The notes under the pieces are model-generated. The model did no database searches and was not told the DNA's origin. It saw only the letters and a program-made list of their open reading frames with translations. A program made the position numbers and the translations under genes. A DNA stretch of 64,000 bases from Bacteroidales bacterium (GTDB lineage: Bacteria > Bacteroidota > Bacteroidia > Bacteroidales > UBA3824): positions 324,189-388,188 of the forward strand of contig JAEERW010000001.1 of assembly GCA_016286055.1 (NCBI GenBank), in the 5' to 3' direction. Positions 47,433 through 57,679 of the stretch are shown piece by piece; position 1 is the stretch's first letter, and the number at the start of each line of letters is the position of its first letter.

Positions 47433-49052
47433 TTAAAATTCTTCCATTTCTTCTTTGGCCTCTTGTGCTGCTTTTTCTTCTGCTTCTAATTGCTGAGCGG
47501 TGATAGGTTTTTCGGTGATTTCTCCCCAAACGAATACATCGTCGCGACAGAGAGGTCGATGCTTGTCATACCAAATAAACCCATCGAGAAATTGTTGGCG
47601 CTTTGTTAGGCCTTCTAATGGGTAGAGTGTGCCTTTGGGACTCTTGTAGAACCATATCCTGTTAACTTTGCCTTTTTCAAAAATGATGTTCATGTCCTGA
47701 CTTGAGATGACATTCATTCCAGTAGCTATACTGTCTTCAACGGTGTAGTAAATGGTATTGGCTTTGGAAATCACTTCCACTTCTTGAATTTTGTTGCTGT
47801 CGAGATACGCCACCATATTATTGCCAAATATCTGGTTGTAGTGCTCTATAGTGTCTACTTTGGATATTACAAAAGCGTTGTTGAGCAGCTCTACCATGTC
47901 AATGTGGTTGTTGGATGTGTAGAACTTGATGTCTTTAGCTGTTATTTGGTTTTCGTTGTGCCATATTACAGGGTTGCGGTTCATGGTTACAGTGCTGTCG
48001 CTGAAATCGTATATCATGCTGTCGCACATAGCTTGAATGTCTCTGCGGAACATTTTAGTGTGATGATATGCCTTTACAATCCGGTAAAGAGAATCTGGGT
48101 TGCTTTTTTCATACCGTTCCATATATGAGCAGATGGTGTCGGCGTGCAGATATAGAGTGTCGATATCAGAGTAATATATCATCAGTGCTTTGTCGGTAAG
48201 AAGGCTCTTTTGGTCTTTATCGTAGTAATGCGCCTCGTTGCCAAGCAGTTTGATAGCCTTTACGGTGTCGGTGATTTCTACGTTGCTGCGTCCGTATCCG
48301 TAATTGAGGGCACGGTTGTAGAATATGGTGTCGGCATCCAAACGGCGCTCGTTGCTGGTCATATAGTTTTTCTTGGTGAGCTGTCCTTGGTCGGTGATAT
48401 GGTTGAACCATCCTCGTTCGGTGTAGAGGTAGTCGGTTTCGCCGATAATTTCAGTAGGACCGATGAAGTTGGAAATCTTTGTTTTAATGTTGTAGGTGAG
48501 CGTGTCGGAACGCATCAGGTAGTCGGGATTGTGGATTTCCACGTCCTTGGTGTATTTAAGGTCGTTTGTGTTGGGATAAAAATGACCGAAATCGGAGATA
48601 AGGGTGTCCTCTCCCGAAAAAGTGGTGCCTCCGTTGAAATAGTATGCAACGTTGGTGTTCATGTCAAAGTCGAGGTTTTCGGTTAGCATTACCATACTGT
48701 CGCGAGTCATTTTCACATTTCGTCGGGCGGTGGCGAGTTTTAAGTTGCCGTTGTACGATGCAGAGTCGCTCCAAAGGTGCACAGTGTCGTTGTCTGACAT
48801 TAACCGCGTTATGTGTATCCGTCCAAAAGCCTGAAAGTTGTTTTCTTTGTTGTTGTAGAGTGCGCTGTCGCAATACATATATGCGCTGTCGTGGTAGAAA
48901 ATCACATTGCCTTTAAGTATTTTGATGTCTGGGCCGTATGTCTCGTTAACCTCGAGAGTGTTTGTGTTTACAATCTCTATTTTGGTGCCTGATTGCGCAA
49001 TGGCTATGGATGCGAGCATTACGAGCGATATGGTTAAGAGAATGTTTTTCAT
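47433..49052 (-). CDS. OstA-like (LptD N-terminal-like repeat) protein
   Basis: Signal peptide. Repeated beta-jellyroll-type segments ('L.GNV.F.H.....CDSA.Y') as in Bacteroidota 'organic solvent tolerance OstA' proteins. Acidic C-terminal tail. Confidence 0.55.
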   Translation of the reverse strand: MKNILLTISLVMLASIAIAQSGTKIEIVNTNTLEVNETYGPDIKILKGNVIFYHDSAYMYCDSALYNNKENNFQAFGRIHITRLMSDNDTVHLWSDSASYNGNLKLATARRNVKMTRDSMVMLTENLDFDMNTNVAYYFNGGTTFSGEDTLISDFGHFYPNTNDLKYTKDVEIHNPDYLMRSDTLTYNIKTKISNFIGPTEIIGETDYLYTERGWFNHITDQGQLTKKNYMTSNERRLDADTIFYNRALNYGYGRSNVEITDTVKAIKLLGNEAHYYDKDQKSLLTDKALMIYYSDIDTLYLHADTICSYMERYEKSNPDSLYRIVKAYHHTKMFRRDIQAMCDSMIYDFSDSTVTMNRNPVIWHNENQITAKDIKFYTSNNHIDMVELLNNAFVISKVDTIEHYNQIFGNNMVAYLDSNKIQEVEVISKANTIYYTVEDSIATGMNVISSQDMNIIFEKGKVNRIWFYKSPKGTLYPLEGLTKRQQFLDGFIWYDKHRPLCRDDVFVWGEITEKPITAQQLEAEEKAAQEAKEEMEEF

Positions 49053-49063
49053 TGTTTTGGCTT

Positions 49064-50275
49064 TTAGAGGTTTCGTAAGGTGTGCCCCATTCTGTCGCGC
49101 TTGGTGATGAGGTATTTTTGGTCGTACTGGTTTGGTGGTATCTCAATGGGTACGTTTTCAACAATTTCTAAGCCGTAAGCTTCCAATCCTACTCGTTTTA
49201 CGGGATTGTTGGTAAGGAGCCTCATTTTTGTAACTCCTAATTTGCGCAGGATTTCTGCTCCAGTGCCGTAGTCTCTTTGGTCGGGGTCGAATCCGAGGTG
49301 TACGTTGGCATCAACGGTGTCGTAGCCTTGTTCTTGGAGTTTGTAGGCTTTGATTTTGTTGAACAAGCCGATGCCGCGTCCCTCTTGGTTCATGTAGAGA
49401 AGTATTCCTTTGCCTTCCTGGCTTATACGCATCATAGCCTGATGCAGCTGGTCGCCGCAGTCGCAACGCATAGAACCGAAGATATCTCCAGTGGCGCACG
49501 ACGAGTGTACGCGCACAAGCACGGGCTCGTCTTTTGCCCAAGTGCCTTTTACAAGAGCCGAATGTTCTAAGCCGTTGTTTATCTGGCGGAAAACAGTCAT
49601 TTTGAACTCTCCGTAGCGTGTGGGCATGTTTACTTGTGGCGATGCTTCCACTGTAGTTTCTGTTTTGAGGCGGAATGCTATGAGGTCGCGGATGGTTATT
49701 ATTTTGAGGTTGAATTGCTTAGCCACTTCCATCAACTGAGGCAGCCGAGCCATAGTGCCGTCGGGATTGAGAATCTCGATTAAAGCGGCGGCGGGGAAAA
49801 GCCCAGCCAAACGTGCCATGTCGATCGAAGCTTCGGTGTGTCCCGCACGGGCAAGTACTCCGCGGTCTTGTGCGTAGAGTGGGTTGATATGTCCAGGACG
49901 GGCGAATGATTCTGGTTTAGATTCGGGATCGGCAAGTGCTTTGATGGTGGCTGTGCGGTCGTGTACCGAAACGCCTGTGGTGCAGCCTTCTATTTTGTCG
50001 ATGGTGACGGTAAACGGAGTTCCGAGAACAGAAGTGTTGTCCTCTACTTGGTTTTGCAGCCTTAATTCCTTTGCCCTTGAAATTGTGATAGGTGAACAAA
50101 GCACACCACGTCCGTATTGAAGCATAAAGTTGATCTTCTCCTCGGTGATGGTTTCGGCGGCGGTGATAAAGTCACCTTCGTTTTCGCGGTCTTCGTCGTC
50201 TACAATTATTATAATCTTTCCTTGACGGAAATCTTCGATTGCTTCTTCTATTGTGTTTAGTTTTATGTTGTCCAT
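49064..50275 (-). CDS. ribBA: bifunctional 3,4-dihydroxy-2-butanone-4-phosphate synthase / GTP cyclohydrolase II
   Basis: '[11 protein letters not shown]', 'RAGHTEA' (RibB half). '[24 protein letters not shown]', 'GRGIGL' (RibA half). Confidence 0.95.
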   Translation of the reverse strand: MDNIKLNTIEEAIEDFRQGKIIIIVDDEDRENEGDFITAAETITEEKINFMLQYGRGVLCSPITISRAKELRLQNQVEDNTSVLGTPFTVTIDKIEGCTTGVSVHDRTATIKALADPESKPESFARPGHINPLYAQDRGVLARAGHTEASIDMARLAGLFPAAALIEILNPDGTMARLPQLMEVAKQFNLKIITIRDLIAFRLKTETTVEASPQVNMPTRYGEFKMTVFRQINNGLEHSALVKGTWAKDEPVLVRVHSSCATGDIFGSMRCDCGDQLHQAMMRISQEGKGILLYMNQEGRGIGLFNKIKAYKLQEQGYDTVDANVHLGFDPDQRDYGTGAEILRKLGVTKMRLLTNNPVKRVGLEAYGLEIVENVPIEIPPNQYDQKYLITKRDRMGHTLRNL

Positions 50276-50277
50276 CT

Positions 50278-52257
50278 TTAGATGTTTATAATGATATCAG
50301 TGTGTAACGGTTGGGCAACCATAGAGATGGTTTCCGTTTCGGTACTCTTTTTATGTGTTTTTTTCTTATAAGTGATTGCTGCTATGATTATTGCAGCCAA
50401 AGCAAGCACTGCGGCAAATATCACAAACTTGTGCTGGAAATTGTGCTTCTTGTTGATGATGAATGTAATGCCTGCAAGAACTAATGCTAATCCACCGAAA
50501 ATAAATGAGGCGTTTTTGGTGGGCGTGAAAGCAAATGCCAATGCAATAATTGATGCAATAATGCCGATATTGATACAGTAAGATCGCAGAGGATAATGTC
50601 CTGTATCCTTTCCAGTGTCGCGCAAATTGCTAAACACTGAGAAAAATGCTCCAATTTTATCCATAACCTTTGTCCATGCTTCTTTGTTGAATAGTTGCGC
50701 ATCAACAGTGGCTTTGTAAGTGAGGAAAATTCCAAACGGTAGTATTACTATGGTGCTGAGCCACATACCCTGCCAAGGTTGCCACATGCCTTCGCGCGAC
50801 ATTTTCATGCCAGCGGTGGAAATGATGTAGTAAATAATGAATACTATCACCGACACCACAATGGGCAGTCCGAATCCACCTTTGCGAATAATTGCACCGA
50901 GAGGCGCACCTATAAAGAAAAATATGAGGCAGGCTATGGAGAGAGTGATTTTCTGATGCCAAGCGTTGCGGTATTTTGCAACGGTTTTCTGCTTGGATTG
51001 AATATCTTCAGCATTGCGCGATATAAAAGACCGTGTTTCAGCCACAAACTCTTTTGTCTTACTTTTCACTTGGTTGTATTTGTCTTCGGGAAGTGATTTA
51101 AGTATGCTGTCGAGGTTGATAATCGTTTTAATGTTGTTTACAGGAGCGGCGTATATAGCCATGAGGCTGTCTTTATGGTGAGCTATTTGAGCTTTAATTG
51201 TAGAATCCTCTCTTAGATATGCGGTGTCGTTGATGGAGGGAGCCGTTTGTGACTGGGTAAGGTCGTGCACATTGACAACAGAATTGCTGTTAGCAGATTG
51301 CCGCATAGCGAGTGTTGCTTTTAGAGAATCTGCATATTGGAAAAGGGTATGTTTAGCATTTTTTAGGTAGAATAGCGATGTGAGGGTGAGGCTAAGGGCG
51401 TTGGTTTGTTCTATAAAATTGTTGCTGAGCGAGTCACCGGCGTTTTTCAGCTGATATAGGTTCATAACTTGATAGTTGTTTCTAAACAAGTTTTCGTCGG
51501 TACGGTCAAAGTCAAAATCCGCCATACTTTGCATAATGGTCTGTTGGCCAAATGTGTTGATACGGTGCGGATAAGGATTATCTTCTGAATTTTTTTTGCC
51601 ATCTTCCTCGGTGTACGAAATGCCGCTGTAAAGGGTGAAGATAAGATAACGGTTGTCGTCGGTGATTTTTACGCTACCCGAGTCGGCTAATGTTACCATA
51701 TAGTTTCCTTTGCCATACTGGTGGTCGTAGATTCTGAATCCGTACATCATGTTGGTTTTAGGATCTTTTTTGCTGATGCGGATGCTTACCTCGCCGAGGT
51801 CGTTGTTGAAGATTCCTGGTTTGATGTTCATTTCTGGGCGCTGTTGTTTAATGCTCCACAGAAGCGAGTGCATTTTTAAACTTGCCATGGGAATGATGTC
51901 GTTGGCGATGATAAAAGCCATCAAACTAATTCCAGCACTCGTTATAATAAGTGGCCGCATAGTGCGCTGAAGTGATATGCCTGCCGCCTTGATAGCTGTT
52001 AGCTCAAATTTTTCACCCAAGTTGCCAAATGTCATAATGCTCGCCAATAGTATTGCAAGTGGCAGAGCCATAGGTACCAAGGTGATTGACGCATAAAAAA
52101 GCAACTCGGCTATCACCGAGGCGTCGAGACCTTTGCCTACAAGTTCGTCGATATATTTCCACAAGAATTGCATCAGCAGCACAAATAGCGAAATGAAAAA
52201 CGTAGCTATCAGCGGCCCTATGAAACTCTTTATGGTGAATATGTCTAATTTTTTCAT
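50278..52257 (-). CDS. LptF/LptG family permease (extended, 659 aa)
   Basis: '[20 protein letters not shown]', '[20 protein letters not shown]' YjgP/YjgQ signature. Large periplasmic insert and extra C-terminal TM helices. Confidence 0.8.
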   Translation of the reverse strand: MKKLDIFTIKSFIGPLIATFFISLFVLLMQFLWKYIDELVGKGLDASVIAELLFYASITLVPMALPLAILLASIMTFGNLGEKFELTAIKAAGISLQRTMRPLIITSAGISLMAFIIANDIIPMASLKMHSLLWSIKQQRPEMNIKPGIFNNDLGEVSIRISKKDPKTNMMYGFRIYDHQYGKGNYMVTLADSGSVKITDDNRYLIFTLYSGISYTEEDGKKNSEDNPYPHRINTFGQQTIMQSMADFDFDRTDENLFRNNYQVMNLYQLKNAGDSLSNNFIEQTNALSLTLTSLFYLKNAKHTLFQYADSLKATLAMRQSANSNSVVNVHDLTQSQTAPSINDTAYLREDSTIKAQIAHHKDSLMAIYAAPVNNIKTIINLDSILKSLPEDKYNQVKSKTKEFVAETRSFISRNAEDIQSKQKTVAKYRNAWHQKITLSIACLIFFFIGAPLGAIIRKGGFGLPIVVSVIVFIIYYIISTAGMKMSREGMWQPWQGMWLSTIVILPFGIFLTYKATVDAQLFNKEAWTKVMDKIGAFFSVFSNLRDTGKDTGHYPLRSYCINIGIIASIIALAFAFTPTKNASFIFGGLALVLAGITFIINKKHNFQHKFVIFAAVLALAAIIIAAITYKKKTHKKSTETETISMVAQPLHTDIIINI

Positions 52258-52263
52258 ATCCTG

Positions 52264-53199
52264 TTATTTTTTAAATGAAAAGGTGTCGATGTGCCGAGCC
52301 TTTTTATCTTGATAAACGTCGTCTACCGTTATTAAAATGCCAGTTTCTTCAACGCCTCCAAAAAATGGGTTGGGTGCAGTGCCAAAGAGTTTCATTGTAG
52401 ACGATAGGTTCATATAGGCGTTGAACATTGGAGGAATGTTTTCGCCAAGGTCGCGTACTATGCGGTTGAGGCATTTATAGTCGTCGCGGTATGTTCCGTT
52501 TGGAAATGCTTCGGCTATTTGCTCTTTGGTGAGCGAGGGTATAATTTCGTTTTTGGGGATAACAAGATGCTCAGTGTCTTTGAAATATAGTTTCATGAAG
52601 CTGAGTATGTAGTCGCGGGCGGTTTGGTTAAAGGATGTGTACATTGTTACCTTTCCAAAAAAGTACTTAATATGGTCTTGATTGAGCATATAAATTGCAC
52701 CGAGACCGTCCCACAGATTGTCTAATGCATAAATCGCTTGTTTAAAGTATTGACGGCTTTGAAATTTTGGTTGCACAAAACTGCGCCCTAACTCAATGGT
52801 GTGAGGAAGGTATTTTTTTATAAATTGGTCAGAAAAATTGAAAATTTCTGCTGTTGACAGTTCTGGTTCTCCGTGCTCGTTGACAATGGGCAATGAGCAG
52901 TCGATAAAGCGGTATCCGCCGAGTATTTCACCCATCTCGTCGCTCCATACAATCAATTGCTGGTAAGGGATTTCGCGGGTGTCGCATTCGTCGATGTCGC
53001 ATGCCTTGCCCGTGCCTCCGCCAGCCTGACGGAAAGCGAGTTCGCGCAATCGTCCTATCTCTTTCATCGTGTTGGGTGCGTTGTGGGCGTTTACGATGTA
53101 TATTTTGTTGCCGCCGTAGTTGGTGGTGCGAACAAACTTGTCGTTGGTGAGTTCGCTCAGCAGCTGTTCTTTCTCTATGGGTTCTATTATATTTTCCAT
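52264..53199 (-). CDS. GNAT-fold N-acyltransferase, OlsB/GlsB-like (glycine-lipid N-acyltransferase candidate)
   Basis: 311 aa. 'LRELAFRQAGGGTGK..D.D..D', 'LGRSFVQPKFQ'. Paired with a PlsC-type acyltransferase, as in the Bacteroides glycine-lipid locus. Confidence 0.65.
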   Translation of the reverse strand: MENIIEPIEKEQLLSELTNDKFVRTTNYGGNKIYIVNAHNAPNTMKEIGRLRELAFRQAGGGTGKACDIDECDTREIPYQQLIVWSDEMGEILGGYRFIDCSLPIVNEHGEPELSTAEIFNFSDQFIKKYLPHTIELGRSFVQPKFQSRQYFKQAIYALDNLWDGLGAIYMLNQDHIKYFFGKVTMYTSFNQTARDYILSFMKLYFKDTEHLVIPKNEIIPSLTKEQIAEAFPNGTYRDDYKCLNRIVRDLGENIPPMFNAYMNLSSTMKLFGTAPNPFFGGVEETGILITVDDVYQDKKARHIDTFSFKK

Positions 53200-53217
53200 T
53201 GGTTGGTTTCAAACGGG

Positions 53218-54039
53218 TTATGGTTTAAGCATATATGTCATCTGCCTTACATACTGAGTACGTTGTGCAGGTGTGGGTATATCTTCGAGTATTTGTGGCA
53301 TTATTGGTTCTCCGTAATATAGATTGATTGGTTTGTCGTGATATTTAAATACTTCGCCGGGCAATAGCACAAGCTCGTAGTTGAATTTGATGCCGAGTTT
53401 TTTGCGGATGTTTGCCACCGAATAAAAGAAACTACTGTTTTTGGCATCTACATACACTGGCACAATGGGCAATTTGTATTGCACTGCCATGTTGATAAAC
53501 TTGTTTTTCCATTCTAAGTCGGTGATAACGCCGTTGATACGTCTCGAAACCAATCCGGCGGGAAATGCGCAGACGTTTTCGTTAGGGTCTTCGTAAAGGT
53601 CTTGAATGTTTTTGAGTATTGCCGGAGTGTTGTGTCCGTAGACGTTTACGCCGCAGAACACGCTTTTGAGACTCTCGATAAAGAGCAAAAGATTGTTGAC
53701 AATGGCTTTGCTGTGTCCAAAGTTTTTGCAGATGGAATAAATAACTGCAAGTCCGTCTAATCCGCCTAAGGGGTGATTTGCCACAAACATCATCCGCTGA
53801 CCTTTTTCTACATTCTCAACGCCGTGTTCAATAATGTCTACATTAAAATCTTTGAAAACCGCCTCGATAAACTCGGGCCCGTCTAAATGCCCATAGAGCG
53901 ACAGCACGCGGTTTATCTTATCCTGCCTTATGATGCGCTCAATCAGGCGGATAACAAACCTCGGCAGCCTCTTGTGCAGCTTTGGGTTAAAATCTCTGAT
54001 CACAGAGTCGATGTATATGAGTTTGTTACGGTTTTCCAA
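53218..54039 (-). CDS. PlsC-type lysophospholipid acyltransferase, GlsA-like (O-acyltransferase candidate)
   Basis: 'ANHPLGGLDG' (HX4D-type) and 'FPAGLVSRR'. TTG start at 54039 (no in-frame ATG nearby). TAtgTTTG box at 54069-54076 on the minus strand. Confidence 0.65.
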   Translation of the reverse strand: MENRNKLIYIDSVIRDFNPKLHKRLPRFVIRLIERIIRQDKINRVLSLYGHLDGPEFIEAVFKDFNVDIIEHGVENVEKGQRMMFVANHPLGGLDGLAVIYSICKNFGHSKAIVNNLLLFIESLKSVFCGVNVYGHNTPAILKNIQDLYEDPNENVCAFPAGLVSRRINGVITDLEWKNKFINMAVQYKLPIVPVYVDAKNSSFFYSVANIRKKLGIKFNYELVLLPGEVFKYHDKPINLYYGEPIMPQILEDIPTPAQRTQYVRQMTYMLKP

Positions 54040-54068
54040 TTGTAGACAATTGTAGTTTTTTCAGGGTG

Positions 54069-54076
54069 CAAACATA
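54069..54076 (-). promoter_or_regulatory. -7 box TAtgTTTG upstream of the glsA-like gene
   Basis: caaacata on plus, 30 nt upstream of the start at 54039. Confidence 0.4.
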
Positions 54077-54147
54077 CAAAAAATATTCCTTAATGCGAAT
54101 TATTTTTTGTTATGATAATTTTGTTTGATTATTATGATATTGTTTAT

Positions 54148-54155
54148 TAACTTTG
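54148..54155 (+). promoter_or_regulatory. -7 box TAacTTTG upstream of the AAA_21-type ATPase gene
   Basis: Exact match 22 nt before ATG 54178. Confidence 0.4.
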
Positions 54156-54177
54156 CTCTTGAAAATAGCACATTATT

Positions 54178-55371
54178 ATGATAAAGTCGATTCGTTTTAA
54201 AAATTTTTTCAGTTTTAAGGATTGCACCATAACCCTTAACAATGTCAATGCCCTGATAGGTATCAACGGCACGGGTAAATCTAATTTTATTAAGGCATTG
54301 CAACTTCTTAAAGCCACCGTTATCGAGGGAGCTTTACCCGATTTGATTCTTAATCAGTGGGGTGGGTTTGATGCTATGTTTTTTGCAGGAAACGATCTTC
54401 GATATGATAGTAAAGTTGAACTTGGATTTGAATTTGATGAGGATGTTTGTTTGTTTAATAATATACCTCTTTTTTATAATATAACCTTCGATAGAGTTGG
54501 TTCTACCCAAAATTATCGCATTTCGGAGTGTCTTTATTCCAAAGATAATGATGGAAATATGTTAGATAAATATATGTTTAGACATGATGGTAAGGTATCA
54601 ATTCAAACAATTACTAATTTTCCCGATGATATAGAAACGCAACTTATTGACTATGAAGTTGCCAATGATATGGAGTCTTGTTTTATACAATTGGCACAGA
54701 ATCAATATGAAATGTCAGAATTACGTTCTTTTATCAAAGATATGTCTGTTTATGGTTATTTCGATACTACCGCAAAAAGTCTAATTCGTAAACCGATGTT
54801 GCCAAGCGGTATATCTGCAAGACTTTTATCAGATGGAAGCAATTTGCCTCAGATTTTGAATAGGATTAAGATTAATAGTAAATCTAATTACAACAATTTA
54901 ATAGCATCATTGCAGGCTATTAATCCACAATACAATGGCTTTGATTTTAATTTTATAGGCAACAATATCGAATTGATGTTAGATGAGAAGCATTTGGAGC
55001 GTTCTGTGCATGTAACCCACATTTCAGATGGTACTTTGCGCTATCTTTGCCTTCTTGCAATAGTTCACAATCCTGAGCGTGGCGCAGTGGTGTGCATCGA
55101 TGAGCCCGAGATTGGTCTTCATCCAGATATGATAAGTGAATTTGTTGAGGCTATGAATCAAGTTTCTGACAAAACACAGTTTATAATATCTACCCATAGC
55201 GAGCATATTTTGAACAATCTTTCGGTTGAAAATGTTTTGGTTTGCGAAAAAGACGATGACAACGGTACTATTGTCAATACATTTCGCGATAAAGATTATG
55301 TGGAGTGGGCTTCGCAATATGCCACCGGCAATTTGTGGCGAAATGGCAACTTAGGTGGTAACCGTTATTAA
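54178..55371 (+). CDS. ABC/AAA_21-type ATPase (AbiL-i / split-OLD-like defence ATPase candidate)
   Basis: Walker A 'GINGTGKSN', 'LSDGTLRYLCLLA' signature-like, Walker B 'VVCIDEPEIGLHP', 'STHS' H-loop. No TM or nuclease domain. AT-rich gene with a TAacTTTG box at 54148-54155. Confidence 0.8.
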   Translation: MIKSIRFKNFFSFKDCTITLNNVNALIGINGTGKSNFIKALQLLKATVIEGALPDLILNQWGGFDAMFFAGNDLRYDSKVELGFEFDEDVCLFNNIPLFYNITFDRVGSTQNYRISECLYSKDNDGNMLDKYMFRHDGKVSIQTITNFPDDIETQLIDYEVANDMESCFIQLAQNQYEMSELRSFIKDMSVYGYFDTTAKSLIRKPMLPSGISARLLSDGSNLPQILNRIKINSKSNYNNLIASLQAINPQYNGFDFNFIGNNIELMLDEKHLERSVHVTHISDGTLRYLCLLAIVHNPERGAVVCIDEPEIGLHPDMISEFVEAMNQVSDKTQFIISTHSEHILNNLSVENVLVCEKDDDNGTIVNTFRDKDYVEWASQYATGNLWRNGNLGGNRY

Positions 55372-55430
55372 AACGACACTAGTATAAAGCCAAACAGAAT
55401 ATAGATTCTTCTATCAATAATACTTTTCTT

Positions 55431-55610
55431 ATGATTCAAGAGGCCGAAGCATGGTTGTTGTCTCAGCCTGAGGTGTTAGTGCAAGCGGAAATTGATATGT
55501 CGAAATTTAATTGCTCTAATGTTGAAACTATTGAAGATCCAAGTGAGAAACTTGCTGACCTTTATAAAAAGAGTGGAAAAACATACAACAAGGTACGTAA
55601 TTTTGCCTAA
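55431..55610 (+). pseudogene. internal remnant of a DUF4276/RloB-like (Toprim-like) partner gene
   Basis: 59-aa ORF, below the track cut-off, translated by hand: MIQEAEAWLLSQPEVLVQAEIDMSKFNCSNVETIEDPSEKLADLYKKSGKTYNKVRNFA. The 'E.EAWLLS.PE' and 'PS.KL......YNKV' blocks match the middle of DUF4276 proteins as I remember them. The frame is closed by TAG at 55380-55382, so about 120 N-terminal and about 40 C-terminal residues are missing. Confidence 0.4.
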
Positions 55611-55768
55611 ACTAAAACAAACCTGCCCTGAATGATTCAAATGTACTTCATAGTTTACCTTTATTATTGCACTGGACAAGTGAAAAAACTTGTGATATGT
55701 ACGAGAATAATATTTTGATGATAAAAATAAAAGTTGTTATTTAATTTGTTTTAACGAAATAATTGATG

Positions 55769-55776
55769 TATTTTTG
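55769..55776 (+). promoter_or_regulatory. -7 box TAttTTTG upstream of the methyltransferase gene
   Basis: Exact match 21 nt before ATG 55798. Confidence 0.4.
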
Positions 55777-55797
55777 CAGTCAAAAAGTAGCATACAT

Positions 55798-56736
55798 ATG
55801 TTAAATTATCAGGAAATAGACAAATTATATAATGCCGACTGCATTGAAGGTATGAAGTCAATAGCCGAAGAGAGTATTGATTTGGTTATTGCAGATCCTC
55901 CATATTGGAAAGTCATAGGTGAAAAGTGGGATTATCAGTGGCGTACGGAGGAGGAATATATAGAATGGTCAATAAAATGGATTACAGAAGTATCAAGAAT
56001 TTTGAGGAAAGGAGGTACTTTTTATTGTTTTGGTTATTTTCGTATGTTGGCAATGCTTGTTCCAAAATTGCGAGATTTAGATTTGGAACTTCGTCAACAG
56101 ATTATAATAGATAAAGGTATGAGAGCCGTAAGTGGCAGGGCAACAAAAACATATAAAATGTTTCCCAATGTAACGGAAAGTGTATTGTTTTTCATCAAAG
56201 ATAACAAAAAATTTATTAAACCGTTTTTAAAAAAGCAACAGGAGCAATTAGGGTTGAGTGCAAAAGATATTAACGAAGCGTTGGGGGTAAAATCAAATGG
56301 AGGTGGAATGTGGAGCATATACACTGGGAAAAACGTCTGCGAGCAATTCCCAACCAAAGAAATTTGGGAAAAGTTGTCAAACTTATTGAAATTTAATCTG
56401 CCATACCAAAAGATAGCACAGACCTACAATGCTCAAATGGGCGTTACTGATGTGTGGACGGACATAGATTTTTACAAAGAAAAACGCTATCATCCAACCC
56501 AAAAACCACAGAAACTTATAAATCGTCTTATGTTGGCAAGCAGCAATGAAGGCGACATAGTTTTGGATCCGTTTTCTGGTGTGGGTTCTACACAATTAGT
56601 TGCAATAAAACAACACAGACATTATATGGGATTTGAATTGGACAAAAAATATTTTGACATAGCGCAACAACGAATTGCAGAAGTCAACAATAGTATCAAC
56701 TTCTTTGATAATGCGCTTGTTGGCGTACAGAGTTGA
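55798..56736 (+). CDS. site-specific DNA methyltransferase (beta-class, N6-adenine/N4-cytosine; DPPY type)
   Basis: ATG at 55798. Motif IV 'LVIADPPYW' precedes motif I 'VLDPFSGVGST'. 'HPTQKP'. TAttTTTG box at 55769-55776. Confidence 0.88.
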   Translation: MLNYQEIDKLYNADCIEGMKSIAEESIDLVIADPPYWKVIGEKWDYQWRTEEEYIEWSIKWITEVSRILRKGGTFYCFGYFRMLAMLVPKLRDLDLELRQQIIIDKGMRAVSGRATKTYKMFPNVTESVLFFIKDNKKFIKPFLKKQQEQLGLSAKDINEALGVKSNGGGMWSIYTGKNVCEQFPTKEIWEKLSNLLKFNLPYQKIAQTYNAQMGVTDVWTDIDFYKEKRYHPTQKPQKLINRLMLASSNEGDIVLDPFSGVGSTQLVAIKQHRHYMGFELDKKYFDIAQQRIAEVNNSINFFDNALVGVQS

Positions 56737-57679
56737 TAGGACGCAATGGAATAAATCCTTTAAATTGTTCCGTTATATATGGAATCGTCTGTACTTTTTC
56801 CTTGTTAGTCATCTTTTCTAATTCAATTTTTGAAATATTCTTTGTCATTATCTTTTTTAGTTTCGAATACGGCGCGTTGTTTATCAGCGCATTCCATTCG
56901 GGTTCTTTTAACAATTCTGACGGCATATCTTCCGATTTAATTGATGAATTACGGTCGGTTTTGGGTTGGATATATTTATTTACAGAAACTTTTGGCGCAG
57001 TTTCAATATTTTTGATAATACATTCAAAAGTCTTTATCGGATTGCATTTATAAAACTGAAAACTGAACGGATGCAAATTCATAGGATTGGTTTTGGCATT
57101 ATCATTGAGTTTTGGTAAATAAATGTTTTGATAGTGGTTTTGTATCAATTCTCCGAAAACTTTCATACGGTTTTCTTTGGGATAGATTTCAAAAACTGAA
57201 ATTCGTACATCGTTAAAATCATTATTTGCAAAATTTGGATAATCCATCAGTACTAAGACAACTCTATCCATATTCAGATATTGCTGTAATTCTTCTTTAC
57301 TGCGTACAGAAAATAACCATTTGCTGTCATCTTTGCGTTCAATGGCTGAACTGTTGCAATAAGGACACACTTCGTCATAGCGCATAACTCTGCGACCACA
57401 ATTTTTGCACTTATCCGCCTGATCTATTTTGTTGCATGATTTAACTTCCGAACCATCTTCCAAATCGTCCCCCCTTGCACCGCTTCCCGTACCTTTTACA
57501 CCGGTTATAAGTGATGCCAAGTGCTGTCCTATATATCCCAGTTTTACAGCAGGCGTTTGATTGGTTATAGCAGACCATTTTTTTAGTGTCGCTTTTGGTG
57601 TAATGATAATATCATCAATAAACTCTAAGATTTGTTTTTTGTTATCTCCTATGGTTACAAATTGTATATTCGGTGTCAT
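56696..57679 (-). CDS. putative type II restriction endonuclease (family not recognised)
   Basis: 327-aa ORF translationally coupled (ATGA) to the controller gene and convergent with the methyltransferase. 'GDDLEDGSEVKS' fits a PD-(D/E)XK-like D...E.K core. 'CKNCGRRVMRYDEVCPYC' is a CxxC...CxxC ribbon. Confidence 0.6.
   Translation of the reverse strand: MTPNIQFVTIGDNKKQILEFIDDIIITPKATLKKWSAITNQTPAVKLGYIGQHLASLITGVKGTGSGARGDDLEDGSEVKSCNKIDQADKCKNCGRRVMRYDEVCPYCNSSAIERKDDSKWLFSVRSKEELQQYLNMDRVVLVLMDYPNFANNDFNDVRISVFEIYPKENRMKVFGELIQNHYQNIYLPKLNDNAKTNPMNLHPFSFQFYKCNPIKTFECIIKNIETAPKVSVNKYIQPKTDRNSSIKSEDMPSELLKEPEWNALINNAPYSKLKKIMTKNISKIELEKMTNKEKVQTIPYITEQFKGFIPLRPINSVRQQAHYQRS

Noticed and set aside
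54100-54303. 67-aa minus-strand ORF overlapping the ATPase gene start
   Set aside because: AT-rich chance ORF (Asn/Ile/Lys-rich) overlapping the promoter and 5' end of a well-supported gene.
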